A stretch of 54,339 nt of DNA, filler included, from Bipalium vagum (taxonomy: Eukaryota), in assembly GCA_037834085.1 (NCBI GenBank). It is 3 parts of 3 records of this genome, joined end to end, with 100 filler letters (N's around TTAATTAATTAA, not from the genome) between each part and the next. Parts side by side here need not be neighbours in the genome. Positions count along the whole stretch, not along the records: positions 1 to 16,906 come from JBBMKC010087044.1; 2 more parts are not named here. The stretch is one strand, 5' to 3'. Below, piece after piece: positions 1 through 15,200 of the stretch. The notes under the pieces were generated by a model. The model was not told the origin of the DNA, did no database searches, and worked only from the letters and a program-made list of their open reading frames with translations. A program made the position numbers and the translations under genes. Every line of letters begins with the position of its first letter. Positions within the stretch are counted from its first letter, which is position 1.

Positions 1-72
<72 letters not shown>

Positions 73-80
73 ATAATAAT
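1..80. repeat. (AAT)n microsatellite, intronic in the giant rod gene
   Basis: Near-perfect AAT array at the window start. Confidence 0.97.
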
Positions 81-245
81 GAGCCAAAAGAAATATAATT
101 TATTCTTTAAATTAATTTGAAACATAAAATTTATAAAATTATAAAATTTGTTTAAATTATCTTCATTTAATTAATAATTATTAATTGTTTTTTACTTCTT
201 AAAATCGTTTATATATTGAATGATTTAAACAAATCATAGACTGAC

Positions 246-3200
246 CTTTAATTCTCTCCTTTCTTCGTCGATCTTCTCCTCATTGTCTATCCGGTCATTT
301 ACCAGAACCATTTTCTTCTTTCTTTTCAGCCATTTCAAAAATTCTTCCTGAAAACTTCGTTTACCTTCAAGTCTAACCATCTCATTTCCCAAAACATCCT
401 CTGACGTCCTCACTAACGTCCTCAGACTTTCAAAGTCTTTCTCAATTTCGCGGATATCGTTGTGAAGGTCCTTCATTCCCTCTTCAGACATGAGATGCAA
501 TTTAAAAATATCTTTTTCGAAATCCTCAAGGGTCTCTTTTTCCTTTTTGTCTATGGCCAACAACAAGTCCTTTTGTATGACATAACAAATAAGATAATAA
601 TAACTTTCAACTGAAAAAAACCCGTCTTTTCTTGGCTTCCTTTTCCAAGTGATAAGTGCTCCCTCTGACACCTTCCGATCTTGTCAGATCTCTTTGACAT
701 CTTTCTATGAAACTCCTGGATCCTGCCATTGAGGCTTGATGATTTTGGATCTTTTCTTTTGCGCTGGCAAGGGCCCTCAGCTTCTCCTGAGAACGAAGGG
801 ACAAGGTATATTTCAAGGCAGAAACAAGATCACATCATTACGTTTATTTTTACTTCCACTGAACCGACCTTCTGATCCAGTTTGTCCACTGACTGCAGCC
901 ACATTTTTGAGTTCAATTCATTCGTTGTACTGTCGATTTCAGACTGAGCATCCAACAGGTTCCACTTCACATCTCGACACTGACGGAGGAGCTTGAGGAA
1001 GAGCCTTTCATCTTCGTCCAAACTACTGAAGTCGTCGGGTCTTGTGGAAGACAGTAGCTGGAGTTCAATTTGCTTCACATCTCCTTCCAAAGTTCGGATC
1101 GTTGCATTACATTTGGCAACATTTTCCTTATTTTGTTTTAATCGTCTTGAAAATTCACCGATTTTATCGTCAATGTTCCGAATCTGTCTCGAACGAGTTC
1201 GATGATTCGACGAAAAACGGAAATGTTTGTCAGGGGTTTTATCACCCTTACTGCGCCAAATGTTGAGTAGATTGGTCTGGAGGTCGTGCAAGAGCTGGTT
1301 TTTGTTGCTCAACGTCTTCAAGGCATTTTCTTGTACGTCGTCCTGGTCCAGCTTATCAATTTCTCGTTGGATTTCTTCCACCTGGTAGGCAAAATTATTT
1401 TCTATTTTCGCAATATTCTCCTCCTTCAGCATTTCGCTGTTCAGATTTTCAGATAATCGTCCAGACTTTTCCGCCAGGTCTTCAAGGTTTTGTTGCATAT
1501 TTTGGATGGTCGAGGTAAATTGGAATGAATTCGGTAAGACTTTACTGGAATGGCTCAGGGTTTTAATGGTCTCAAGACAATTCTTGTCGTCGGACACTTT
1601 TGCTGTCAAGCCCTTTCATATAAAAGTAATTAAATAAAATATTAATAATAATAATTATTATTATTATAAGTTAATTAAATATCATAATTAATAATAAATT
1701 ATAACTGATAATTATTACTAAAAATATTGATTTAATCGATAATAAATTTAATAAATAATAATAGTTTTTTAATAAAGTTTTTGGCGTTATCAAACGCGGT
1801 GCCCATCTTGCACACAGCTTTCTCATACAAAATTCTTCATACAAAGTATGGTGATTAGGTTCTTTTGAGACATCTATACCTTCAGTAATTTGAATCAGTT
1901 TTAATCTCCTGCCTGTCAACACGATTTCTTGGATATTTTTAACCTTTTCCTCGGAGATTGCTGTTTTTCGTTTACCAGGTCATGGTGGATCTTTAATACT
2001 CACTCCACCCCGATTAAATTCGGCAATCACTTGTAAAGAGTTTTTAATGTGGGTGAATATTCATTTAATTTTGCACCAAGGTCGCTCTTGATTAACATTG
2101 AACTTAATCCTTTAATATTCAAATATTTAATTACTGCTCGTATTTCTTCTTTTTGTATTTTTCTAAAACGGTTTAAATATGAAACTTAAAACTTCATACA
2201 TTACCTAAACAACACCACTCCCTATTTTAATGTAATTTTGGATTTTGATTACTGAATATTGATTTTATAAGATTTATTGACAAAGGTTTAAATAAAGGTT
2301 TAAACCGCCGTATTTATTATTCACCTTTTCAACATACCTCGTATAACTTTCACTATTTAAATAATTTGAATGAAATTAATAGTGAAAAAAAGTTGTCATA
2401 ATCATTATAATTTGAAACCTTGATTATTTAATAAAACTATTTAAACAAAAAAATGTTTAACATAATGTGGCACATGAGGTTAGTTCGTTAATTAACTTGA
2501 CAAAATTTGAAACCGTCCCGTAAAATATTGCATCATTCGTGATTCCTGTTTATTCTATTAGACCAGTAGTTAATATAGAAAATCGAAATTTTTAAGTAAT
2601 GTCCCAAAAGTAAAATTGCCCCACATTTTAAATGCTCCTTGCCTTAGGGCTTGTCAGAAAACGTAAATAGACCAATAGTTTTCATTATAAATATTCTCAT
2701 TAAAATTTATAATTTATTTAAATAAATATAAATATTTACAATAACATTTTCATTCTTACTTCAATTGCTTTGAAAACTTGATGGTCGTGAAGCTTGGACC
2801 TTTCAAGATGTATGACATCCAGATTCTTATTACTGATGGCTCCTCCTCGGTCACTTATTTGTTTATTGTGTTCAGTCAGAAGGTTTTTCTCATTATCACA
2901 GTCTTCTATGAACTTATGAAGGTCTCCAAGTAAGCCATTCATTTTTTTCCACAATTCTCTGGACCTCTGTTTAAGGTCAGAATAGTTTGGAAGACCAGAG
3001 ACTTTATGGCCAATTTCTTTTTTAAGGGAACCAATTTGATTTTGCAAGATAGTTGATTTGCTTAATAAGATGGAGGCTTCACTTTTAGCATTAACAAATT
3101 GATCGATATCTTGCAAAGGCCTTGAACGTAATTCTTGGACCTTCACTGTATTGGAATCAATTCCCTCCTGTAAATCTCTCATGGTCTTGAGATAATGATT

Positions 3201-6200
3201 GCGGATGTCAATTTGATTCTGTCGCACAGTTATATCTTCAGTGACAGTTTGTACAATGTTTTTGTACTGAGTTACAAAATTATCTTTTAATTCCTGGCAA
3301 GACGGAACGGATACATCTTCGGCTAACGTTTCCAGATGGTTGACGTTGGAATCATTTTTGACAATTTCATTAAGAATTTTCTGAAAGAAAGTATCTTACA
3401 ATTAAAGTAAGGCAATTGTATTTATTATTATTATTATTTATTACTTATTTTATTTTTTTTTATAATTTTTTTATTTTTATTATTATTATTATCTCAAAAT
3501 TAGTTAATATATATTAGATTAAAATCTTCCTGATTTTTGTTTTCTTTTATTAATAAAATGGCTTATCAAAAGGTTTATGATTTTAGACTTAAAAATATTA
3601 CGCGTGGTATAACGTTTTTTTATGACGATCAGCCCTGGACGATATCTGCACTGTTTCTTTTGACTTGTGTCATGATCTTTTTGTTTTTTGAATATAATTG
3701 TATCAGGATAATTTCATCCCACTTACCAATCGTTTCCAAAATAGACCATTTGGTTGGGTTTGAGAAACGATTCACAAATTTCCAAGCTCTGTCTAATGTG
3801 AATTTCCTTAAGTTGGTAAGGAATCCATAAATATGTTTCATATGATTTTCCTTGGTTAAATCGATACTCTAAGCTTCATTGCAATGTTAGACGCTGTTCT
3901 CTTAGAATTTTGTTGTCTTTGACATCTAGTATACCCGCCAGATCGTTGCTGATCTTTTAGAGAAAAATCAATTCTTCGAAAATTCTGAATCAATTTCAAC
4001 ATTGACGTTTTCTTGATGCATCATCGCTATAAAGTTCATATACTTTTTTTCGATATATTTTATCCTTTCCAATAATAGAAAAGTAAAATAAATATGAAAT
4101 GCGACTTCCGATCTTCCACATTTGTAAAACTGACAAATAAAAACATAGCAAATTAATCTGTAAAGAATGAGTCCATCGCCCCTCTTTTAGTATTATTTAA
4201 ACAATGATTATTTTACTTAAAAAAAGTTAATTGCCTTTAATTAAAAACGGCAATAGCTTTCATATCATGCCATTATTTGTTTTAGTTTACGACCATTCAT
4301 TTTATCGATTGGGTTTACTCCAAAAGAATGATTATTTTCACTATTTGTTTATTCAGTTTCGACTGAATACTTTTCATTGTTACATGAAAATTTATAAAAT
4401 ATTATCCACTTAATAATTTATAGTTTCTTGTTTAACTTTTTAAAATTTAATGACAATAATTGAAATGCTTTGAACACAAAAACTCACATTATTAAGTTAC
4501 GAGAATTCAACCTCAGTCATTATGCTACGGACGTGACAAGAAACAACCATAGAACACACTACACATACAGTTCGCAATTCGACCATTGTTTTTGCACTAA
4601 CTCAATATGTGAGTATACTTATTTGAAAAATCAATGAAAATTGTTCACGTAAAACATTTTATGCATGAATTTAGAGAGGAAATTGATAAAGTAAATGTGT
4701 GACATAATATACAACAATTATAAATAATAATAATGGAGAAAATATTAACATTACTTACTTTTAGTTTATCGATTCCTTCCTCAGGATTTCTTTCGGACTT
4801 AATAGATTCGTATCCTTGTCTTTGCTTATCTATCTGATCGGTAAGATTTGCCAAATGAGTCTGAAAAGATTCCACTTTCAATTGCTTTTCGGTCAGAGAA
4901 GAAATTCTATTTTTGATTTCATCTTTCAATTCTCCTTGATTCTTTTCTAACTTTTTCATTTCTTCATTCACTGAACTCAAAACGTAAGGACCAGTTTGAA
5001 GGTATTCTGTTATTTTTGCTGACTTTTGAATATCGCCATCCAGTTGTGAGACTTCTAGATAAAGACGATTAGAAGATTCTAAATCTGAAGTCAAAGTAGA
5101 CAAGTCGGAGATACAGTTTTGATCCATCATTCTCGATCTTATAAGACTTTGTTTTTCTGCAATATCTTTTACCAGGTCTTCGTTTGCCTTTAAACTGTTG
5201 ACTACCACCATACATTCATCAAACATTTCGCCCGTTTCTTCTTTCAAAGTTCTTAGATCCCCCTGTACTTTGTCCTTTAATGAATTGAGCTCTTCAGATT
5301 TTAAAGGTCCAGAGATGGCTGATCTTTCCAAATCTTTTAGTATATCAAATTTTGAATCAATCATTGAACGGAGATTTTCAATTTTGTCCAGCTCCGACTC
5401 AATTTCGTTGTCTTTTGACGAACTGAGGAAACACCTCTCCAACATTTGATTGTCATTAATCCATTTCTCAATTTCCTTTAAGATTCGATGACTATTCTCA
5501 TGATATTTCCATTGAGAAGAATATTTCTCAAATTCCTCATCTAGAAATTCAGATAATTTATTTATGCCTTCCTCGATTTCCATGAATTCAGAACTGGCAG
5601 TTTTTTGTCCCAAGTTGTTGCTCTCTTTACAAACGATGTTTAAATCATTTTCCAACACTTTTAAATGATCTTTGATATCTGAAATTCTTGCTTTCTTTTC
5701 CTTGGTTTCTTTCAGAATATCCTTTAAGGAATGTATATCGTCTTCAGGGACCTTTTCAGAACTCAGAGATTTTAAAGAAGACTTAATATCATCGATTTTG
5801 GAACTGTAAGCTTCATGGTTCTTCAAAATGCTTTGGTTTTCAGACAAATTTTTCATATTTTTTTCTGATAACATGTTGTATTTTTGATTCAGCTCATCAA
5901 GGTGAGATTGTTTTCCATTTTCTCCTTTTAACTGAGAATTTACATTTTCCAGATTTTGGAGGTCGGTTTTAAGTTTTTCCAGATCTTCTTTGTTCTTCTA
6001 AACATGTTCAACATGATAATTAGTAAATAGGAACCTTTAAAATGATCGTAAAAGTTTGATCAGATAATTTTATAAAGTTAAAATTGATCATTTTTAAGAA
6101 ACATTATAAATAAATAAGTTTATAAGTACCCAATGATTAAAAAGTCACTATTTATCAATTGAATTATATTTGTAGATTGATACTATTTGTGGCCATGCCT

Positions 6201-9200
6201 TATGAGGGCTGGCGTTGTCATGATGAAGAATAATTTGTCGACTTCTATTGTTCTGTGGTAAGTGAACTGTTGTATACCATTTGGCATTGACATTTTTTTA
6301 ATTCTCTACACTTGTATTTGCTATATGTTTTTCTACACCAAAAAAGCAGCCAAATACACAAGCAGCGATTTTTATTTAGTTTACTACGAATAAATTCACA
6401 TTTCATCACCAGTCACGTTTTAAAAATTAATTATGAACCACTGTTAAGTTTTTGACAGAATTTCAAACGATATTATTTTCAGAAGATATCAAATTCAGAT
6501 GTTCATGCAAAATACTTTCAACTGCTTTCATGTAATTATGGTGTGTAAAATCAACTTCTTTCAATTATATAATGAGACACAATAGATATTAACAGCTAAA
6601 ACGGATTTAGACATAAACCCTTATGAAATATGTTAGATTTTAGACCACATTTTAGAAATAATGTTAAATCATCAAATAATAATTTCATATTTATTTATAG
6701 CACTTATTTAAAATGTTTACTTATTTCAAACAAATTAATTAATTTAGATTTAATCAAATGATTAATGATAATTCAATATTGAAATTTATGATTATCAGTA
6801 TTAAAACGTAAATATCACTTAAAGCACGAGATTCCACAAACGCTCTAATAATATATTACACCATGACAATTAAAATGTTATATATAATAAAATATTATTC
6901 TTAAATTACAGAAAAATAAAATTTATGTAACAAATGAACAATTAATAAACCGAAAAATTACCAAACAAAACGCGTATTTTTCCTTCTTTTCAGTAATATT
7001 TTCACACAAACAAGATTCTTCGTCAACTGCATCTTCCATCATAGCAAGCAAATTCTCTACCTCATTAAAGGCATTATCCCTTTCTAAAACTTTGGATTTA
7101 CAATCCTCCATCTTCTTGTCAATCTTGGAAATGTGTCTATTCAGCGTTTGAATGATCGTTTGAACGTCGTCAATCACAAAGCTGATATCAGAAGAACATG
7201 TTTTCTTCTCACTGAGTGTTCGAGATTGGTCTAAAAAATGCTCAAGTTGATCGACCATTTCATCCGTGAATCTTTTCAGTTCCTAAATTTCATTAAAAAT
7301 GAAGTTATTTTGTGCTTTCTCTTGAAAAGTAAAATTTATATACTCTGCTTATGTCAATTATTTTTTGAACAAAATCATAATTTGATAGGTATCCTAGACT
7401 TATTTCTTTATTATAAAATTTATATTAATTATCAACAAGATACCTTCAGAATAATATCATATAATCCAGGCCATCAACATTGAATTTTGCAGACTTTATT
7501 ATTATCTTATATATTATAATATTTATAAGTAGGCTGTTCACAACGTAAGAATTTTTTAATTTTAAATTCTTATTCATTTTTATAATGTAATACTTTATTC
7601 ATATTACAATTTTTAAAAAAAACTTTAACTATTTGATTAAAATTATTTTTAAAATAATACATGGGTTGAAATTCCATATGACCAAGATCAGCTAATTACG
7701 GTTTTTTTTAATATAATCGAAAATTTGTTAAACATTTAAAATTATATAATTCTAGTTATATGGAATGTAGTCTATTATTGGTATTAAGTATTATAGAATT
7801 AATTTTTTAAGTCTTTTCGCGAGGCAACCTTGAATTATTTGAAATATTTTTTACAATTGGGTTAATGGAAAGCTGACCTATGGTATAGTATCTCCTTTTT
7901 ATTTTTTTATTGGCTCGCGACAATTGACCAATAAAAATTAAGATTAATAATCAATATCCAACTAGATTAGGGTCAAATAAAAATATAATAATAATTATTT
8001 AATTTTAATTAGGGTTAGGGTTAAAAATTCTGAGAATACATTTTATTCTGTTTAATAAAGAATAATATAATAATAAGATGTAATTTAAAAATTTTTTATC
8101 CCTAACCTCAACCTTAATAAAAAACTATATTATTATTAAATTTATGCCTAGCCCTAGTCTGATTGGGTATTGATTATTAATCTTAATTTTTATTCATCTA
8201 TTGTCGGGAGCCAATTAAAACGGGTAAGATACTATACCGTTAGCAAAAGCTGTAATAGATAAAAATCAACATATATACTGTGTGCCAAAATTATTGTCCT
8301 CTTTGAAAAGGACTAATGAGAGCATTCATTTGATAGTTATACTGAATTTTTATTGCCCCAGACATCAATATAATCTATCTACATATAGAGGTAATGTATA
8401 TGGATTTTATAATCATGTAGATTTCAATATTGTTTTAAACGATTAATATTGCTTACAGTGAGCTTAGCAATTTAAAAAAAAGAAGATTTGTTGGCATGGT
8501 TGAAGCTGGATTCTTCCAACGTGAGGTAGCACACAGGCTATTAAGTTTCCGTTCATTTTGGCGAATTATTTTAATTCCACGGCTTCCACTAAATCGTTCT
8601 ATTCGGTTACTTTGGAGCAATGAATGATTTCATTGGTCTAATGAAAGTTAACAAAAAGTGGATTTTAGCGATGAATCAGGGTTCTGTTTGGATATGTAGG
8701 TGAAAGTGTTCAAGTTAGATGGCAAATTACAGAAAGGTTTCGGATTTTTGCATCGTACTACATCGCAGAGGTTCTCAGCAATTAAGCCCAGTGATAATGA
8801 TTGATGGGACTTTGAATGATAACAATATGCCAAGAAATTATTTAGCGGATTTGAAGCAAAATAATATCAAGAACTTTTTACGGCCTTTGCGATCACCGGA
8901 TCTCTCCGTTATATATCATTTATAGAATTTACTTTGTAGGAGATTGCAAATAGATTATGTGAAACCACCTGCTTCTTTGGAATCTCTAAAAAATCGACTA
9001 AAAGAACAATGGAACTTAATGTCTTTTGAAACAGTAAAATTTTTGTTCAAAAAATGTTTTCCTCGTAATAATCCCAGACCTCACGTGTTTCATGACACTG
9101 CTGATAATTGGTGACCTAGAACAGGAACAACGAAGTCAGATTTCATAGTCACCGACCTAGTATCTATTGATTTCAATTTATTTCTTCAAAAATCACTTGG

Positions 9201-12200
9201 TGGAAACATGTTAAAAATTTTAGAGTACCACAGAAATCTATTTCATATTCAAAAATTTTAGCTAATTCTGTAAAGATTGGTTAATTAACCTTTCACAAAA
9301 ATAAGAAAGAATAGTGGAGCATGTTGATGCGTTTTTTACAGATTAAAAATGACATCATAGAGGTTTACTGTTTAGATTTTTCAATAAAACCTTAATTAGA
9401 AAATCCAATTTGTGCTTATTTAGTACTGATGAGAAATCATAATTTTGAAACCGGTTTCCGTGGTTACTAAGTGACACGTTGAATAAATTTTTAAAATATA
9501 TATACTACCGAAAGAAACTAATTAAAAATGAAACATACTTGAGACTTCTGTTCCAATTTTACGATATGATTTTCTTTCAACTCATCGCCGGAAAGAGTCA
9601 AGTGTTTGCATCCCTCAATTTCAGAATTGATTTTATTTTTCATGTTCAAAAGCTCATTAAATAAAGTATCATTCATTTTAACACTTTTTCTCAGTTGAAC
9701 TGTTGAGGTTTTGCTCTCATTATCCAGTTTTCGGTGAGATTCAACAAGGGTCTCAATATCTTTCTTTAAGGAGATGTCTGTTGCTGACAACTCCATCTCC
9801 ATCAAGGATTGTAGGTTATTGGCGTTTTGTTCTTCTATTTTCTATTTGATATTTATAATAATTATTAATAATATTATATTATTATTTTTATTATAAATCT
9901 ATTTTTGTAAAATAATTTAAGATAAAAATTCGTTTTATTTCTAAAAATAGTAACATTTTTATTAAATCAATTATGGTAATTATCAATTACTTTGGTCTTC
10001 AAACATGAAATTTTTAGAAAAAAGGACAAACTTTATTTATAAATTACAAAGATAAGAAATTATGTTATTCATCAAAGTATGAACCCGTATTGTCTATACA
10101 CTTTTGCCATTTAAGTGGCAATTTATTTATGCAGATGAAATAAAACTGTGGTGGACGACAGTCAAGAGAGGCTTAGAGGGCCAGTTTCATAGCATTCTCA
10201 TAATTAATTCGTTTTTCAATTAAAAAGTTGTCCAAATTGCCGAAGAAGTGGTAGTGAGCTGTGGCTATGTTTAGTGAGTATGGAAGCTGATAAAAAAGTT
10301 CTAACCCCTGTTCCTGGATTTTTGCCACAGTCATGTGCGCAGTATTTGGTGTAGCGTTATTATGCAATAAGATAGGAGTCGATCAGTTGATCAATTTTTG
10401 CTGTTTTTTTCTAAGATTTTGCATCATTTCATCCAGTTGTTCACAATATATTTCAGGTGAGACGATGATCATGAAATCATAATGGATCACACCTGCTGCT
10501 GCAGACCACCAAAAACTCACCACCAGCTTCTTTTGATAAATATTAGACTTCAGAATGTGTTTCGGAAATTTATTCTTATCTAACTACTGTGCTGAACGTT
10601 TGTGATTGTAATATTGGAACCATATCTCATCATCCAGACCCCTTTGTTTCTGCTTTTTATTCAGCTCATGTGGAATTCATTTGTCAAAATTTTTCACTTT
10701 ACCGATATGAGGTAAATGGGTTAATATTTTTTGTTCAATGATAATTCATAGACACTTTGAGATGGATGAGACTCAATCTTTTATTCTTCATTACAGACCT
10801 TCAAGTCTGGGTCACGGAGTGGCTTATTTATCAAATGAAAGTTACCTGCATGAAATTTGAAACTTTCTACTATGAAGTAAAAGTAGAGCCAAATACACTA
10901 ATAATGGTTATGGCGTTCTGCAATGCCGTAGTTCCACAGAAATATAATATATAATAATGGCATGAATTTAAGATCTTTCCATTTTAAATTAATAACCACT
11001 ATTATATTAAATAATATTAATATTAAATATAATGAATATTAAATAAATAATTAAATTCTCAGTCTACTAAAATAGTAATATTACCAAAATGTTGGGTAAA
11101 TCAAAAATACTTGGAAATAAGTTGAATAAAGTAGTTCAGACAAACAATATTGTTACCTAAAAATTTTATTCTTAGCGACTCAATAATGTATAATTAAATA
11201 ATAATGAAGAGCTCTCAATCCTTCAAATTTATAAAATTGTAAATAAAATGAATAATTATAAGTTTCTTTAGTACCTCTAGGTCGGCTAAATTTCTTCTTT
11301 GATTTTCCAAGGAGACGTTTTCGTCATTTGCAATGGCTGATAATTGCCTTTTATTATACAGATGAGTTTTGTCAATGGAAAAAAATTGTTCTCTTTGCTC
11401 ACAGGTTTTGTTAGAGGCCTGCTCTAATTTGTCTCTGCTCTTTAAAATGTCACTAACAATGGATCGAAACCCTTTCACTAGTGTCTCATTAAAAGCTTCA
11501 AAGTCTCCACCCTCTGAATTCATATTGGAAGGCTCCAATTCCCGACATTCCTGAGATTGTAGACAGATATCGTCAATGAGCTTTTCCTCATTCTCAATGG
11601 AAGATATCAATTCATTTAATGTTTGTAAGTCCAATTTAACATCGGTTGGACGGGTTTCAAGATTTGCACTTAGTTTTATTCTACCCTCCACATCAGTTAT
11701 CCATTTGTCATGTTCTTCATTTGCCGTTCTAAACTTTTGCAATTTATCTTTGTAAAGATCTCTTTTGAGGGAATCAACATTGTCAGCCAACAGCTTTCTC
11801 TCATCCTTCAACACTTTATTCCTACTGATGAGATTCTGAATATCATTACTGTTGACCTTATAAGGCAAATTGTTCAGCTTCTTTTCAAAATTCTCGATCT
11901 CTTTCTTCAACATCTTTAATGCGTCTTCAATTCCTTTCATTGTAACCAGATCAACTGTTTTCTTTCCGGAATGATCACTTTCCAATTTTTTTACTTCTTC
12001 GGAAATCTTATCAAAGTTTAAACTCGTTTCTTCATACTCCTGGAGAAGACTGTCTTTTTCACTGATCATTCTTTCAATATTTTCTTTGACGTTTTTCACC
12101 AATTCCAAACCCCTTCCATGAATTTCAATTATCCTTCTTCCTTTATCTTTGCAGGTTTTTGAATCAAAATATTGGAATACCCCATCCAATGAATTATAGA

Positions 12201-15200
12201 TCATTTCGTTATTCTCTCGAATATTTTCCAATCTCTTTTCTTCCTTCTCAATTTCTTGCAAGACATTGTCCATTGCCGTGGACGAATTGACAAGGTTCTT
12301 TAAGTTACTAATACAATTATTTACATCTCTATCAAGTTGAGAATATTGGTTTTCAATATCTTCCACTTTTTGGACTTCAGTCTTTAGGGATCCTACAACT
12401 TTTTCCCAGGAAGATAAGCATTCAAGGAATTCCCCTTTCAAATTCTCCTTTTCAAGAATGAGATTTGTACACCTTAATTCAGGAAAAACATCACTGTTTT
12501 CTTCTATATATTCCAATTTCGTTTCTAAAGTATCCAAGAACTCATTTGTTATTTCAACGTTATCCTGGAATTCGATTTGACTGTTCTTCAGATACAATAA
12601 CATATCTGAACAATTATGAAAGCAAGGTTTTCTTTCCATAATCTCTCTTAGTTTTTCATTATTCTTCGATATTCCATTGAGACATTCTTTAGCCTGGCCT
12701 GTATATCTTTGGAGATGTGTACAAAAATCCATCTTTCCAGAAAGCTTATCACATAATCCTTTGCAGTCCTGCTTTAGTTCTTTGATACACTCGATATTTG
12801 CCAGTGATCGTAAGCTTTCGCTTTGGCTCAGTTTCAATGCCCTCTCGAAAATATCCCCAATTTCCTCTTCCAAGGGATAAACTGAAAACCCCGCTAGACT
12901 GAGTTCTTTTGCTACATTTTCTATTACAGATAAATCCAAATCGTTAATATTGATAGAATCAACGGTTTCATTACACTCTGCAATTGTTTGTTTAACCGAA
13001 CAAATCCTTCTTTCCAATTCATCCCATTCTTTACTTTCTTTTAAGACTGTTCTCAATTTCTCACTTGATTCTTTGACACGTTCTTCAACCTCCTCCAAAC
13101 ATTCATGTAGGTTAAGCAGTTTCAAATCTTTATCTCCATTTAAAGGTGGATATATTTCGTTATTCACCTTCAACAACTCTTTCATATTTTCCATTTTCTT
13201 TATAATACCATCAATACTATCCTGTACCTTAATAACGTTTTCTTCGGAAATCTCATTCAATCGTACATCTTGATCCTTAAGGTCATCAATCATTTCATTG
13301 ATCTGTTCACGGAAATCATTATTCCACTGACTGAAGTTTGATAAATCTTCAGATTCTTTCATTTCTTTTTCTTCAGGGAAAATTTCCATCACTTCTTCAT
13401 TTCTGTTTTGTTCAACTAAAGAATCTTGCTCTTTGATAGTTCCATCGACCTTTCGAGTACCTGTGTCATCAACATTATCAATTGTATCCTTTTTTCTTTT
13501 TATACGGGCATCTATAATCTTTATTGTTTGACCCTTAGGTCTGACATCCTGTTGAGGTGTAATTTCCCCCACTCTGTTCAAAGCATCTTTTATCTTCATT
13601 TCTTCATCTATTCTTTGCTGACATGCTTTCAAATGTTTTTCCAAATCTCTTTTCTGAATAGATAACTTCATTTTCATCTCCTCAATCACAGGAGGACTAT
13701 ATATCTTCTCTTTAGAACTTATCAATGCTTCCTGATTATTCAAGGAATGAAGAAGATTCGCTATATTATTTTTAATATCTTCAACAAAAGAAATATGTTC
13801 ATCAACAGTCGCCTGGTCTAGAGGCTCGATTTCCTGAAGAGATTCCTTGATATGATCGACTTTTATTTCCATCTCTTCAAAGAAACTCATATTCTCAGTA
13901 ATGAATTCCATACCATTTTCAATGTTGCCCTGTTCCCCCGCAAGTATATTTTCGTTAGACTGTCCTTTATTTATCGATTCCGTTAACATTTCATTTACTC
14001 TTTCGTCGGATATCAAAAGACTTTCTTCATAATTTCTCACTTTTTCCAAAGTACTGTATTGACATTGGTCAAGTTTAACCTTTACAGGTTGAACAAGATT
14101 CAACAACATTTCGCGATTCCACTGAGATGGAGCCAGTCTTTCTTCCCGATCTTCGAGAATTTCTATTAGTTCTTCTTCATATTTAATGTTTATTTCATTA
14201 ATAGTTCTGACCGTTTCTCCATTATTTCTTATATTCAGTTCTGGTTCCGAAATAATACTTGATAAATCATCGGGTTTCTTTCCAAATTCTGCAAATATTT
14301 CCGGTGTTTTTGTTATTAAGTCTTCTTCATTGTCGAAATTATTTCCAACTTTCTCATTCGCATTGCTAAAAAGATCATCACTTCTTATCTGCTTGGAAAT
14401 ATCGACAAGATCTTCCATATCTTCATCATCCTTTAAAGATATTTCCGGTGGTTTTGTTATTGAATGTTCTTGATTGTCCAAATCCTTTCCGACTTTCTCC
14501 TTCTCGTCGCATAAAACATCATCACTTCTTATCAGCTTCGAAATATCGACAAGATCTTCCATATCTTCATCATCCTTTAAAGATATTTCCGGTGGTTTTG
14601 TTATTGAATGTTCTTGNNNNNNNNNNNNNNNNNNNNNNNNNNNNNNNNNNNNNNNNNNNNNNNNNNNNNNNNNNNNNNNNNNNNNNNNNNNNNNNNNNNN
14701 NNNNNNNNNNNNNNNNATTGTCCAAATCCTTTCCGACTTTCTCCTTCTCGTCGCATAAAACATCACCACATCTTATCAGCTTCGAAATATCGACAAGATC
14801 CTCCATATATTCATCATCCTTTGAAGATTCTACTTTCTCCTGAATATTTTCAATATCTATTGATTCTTCTTGAAAATCATTATCAAAATCCAGAACAAGC
14901 TCAAAGGACTTGTTCAACTTTGCTTTCTTGAATGCCAATTCCTCCTTCCTATTTCTCGCTTCCTTTCTTAATTCATCAAACGTCATTTCAGAGCTCTCGG
15001 TCTTTCTTTCGATTTCCGTTGATTTTGTATAATCAATGTTTATTTCATCTTGTTTGGAAGGATTTCTAAAATCTTTCACGTTTTTTTCAAGATTCTCTTC
15101 AATTATTTCGGAAAAATCCTCCAGTTTTGTATACTTCATTTCTTCATCCTTATCATTTATTTCATTCATTTCGACAACGACTTCTTTTATTTCTAAATCA

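Noticed and set aside
234-1609. Overlapping ORFs in different frames suggesting programmed frameshifting
   Set aside because: Short GT-AG introns (570-621 and 787-868) join them in frame; the same holds for 15565-15611.
3600-4200. Coding-like intronic tract (also 31430-31950)
   Set aside because: Stop-ridden with no motif I can assign; probably TE debris, left uncalled.
8009-8022. Interstitial telomere or chromosome fusion scar
   Set aside because: Only about two units, embedded in a foldback element.
14570-14769. Frame change between the 328-aa and 1184-aa ORFs
   Set aside because: Caused by the arbitrary 100-N gap; the flanks continue in repeat register.
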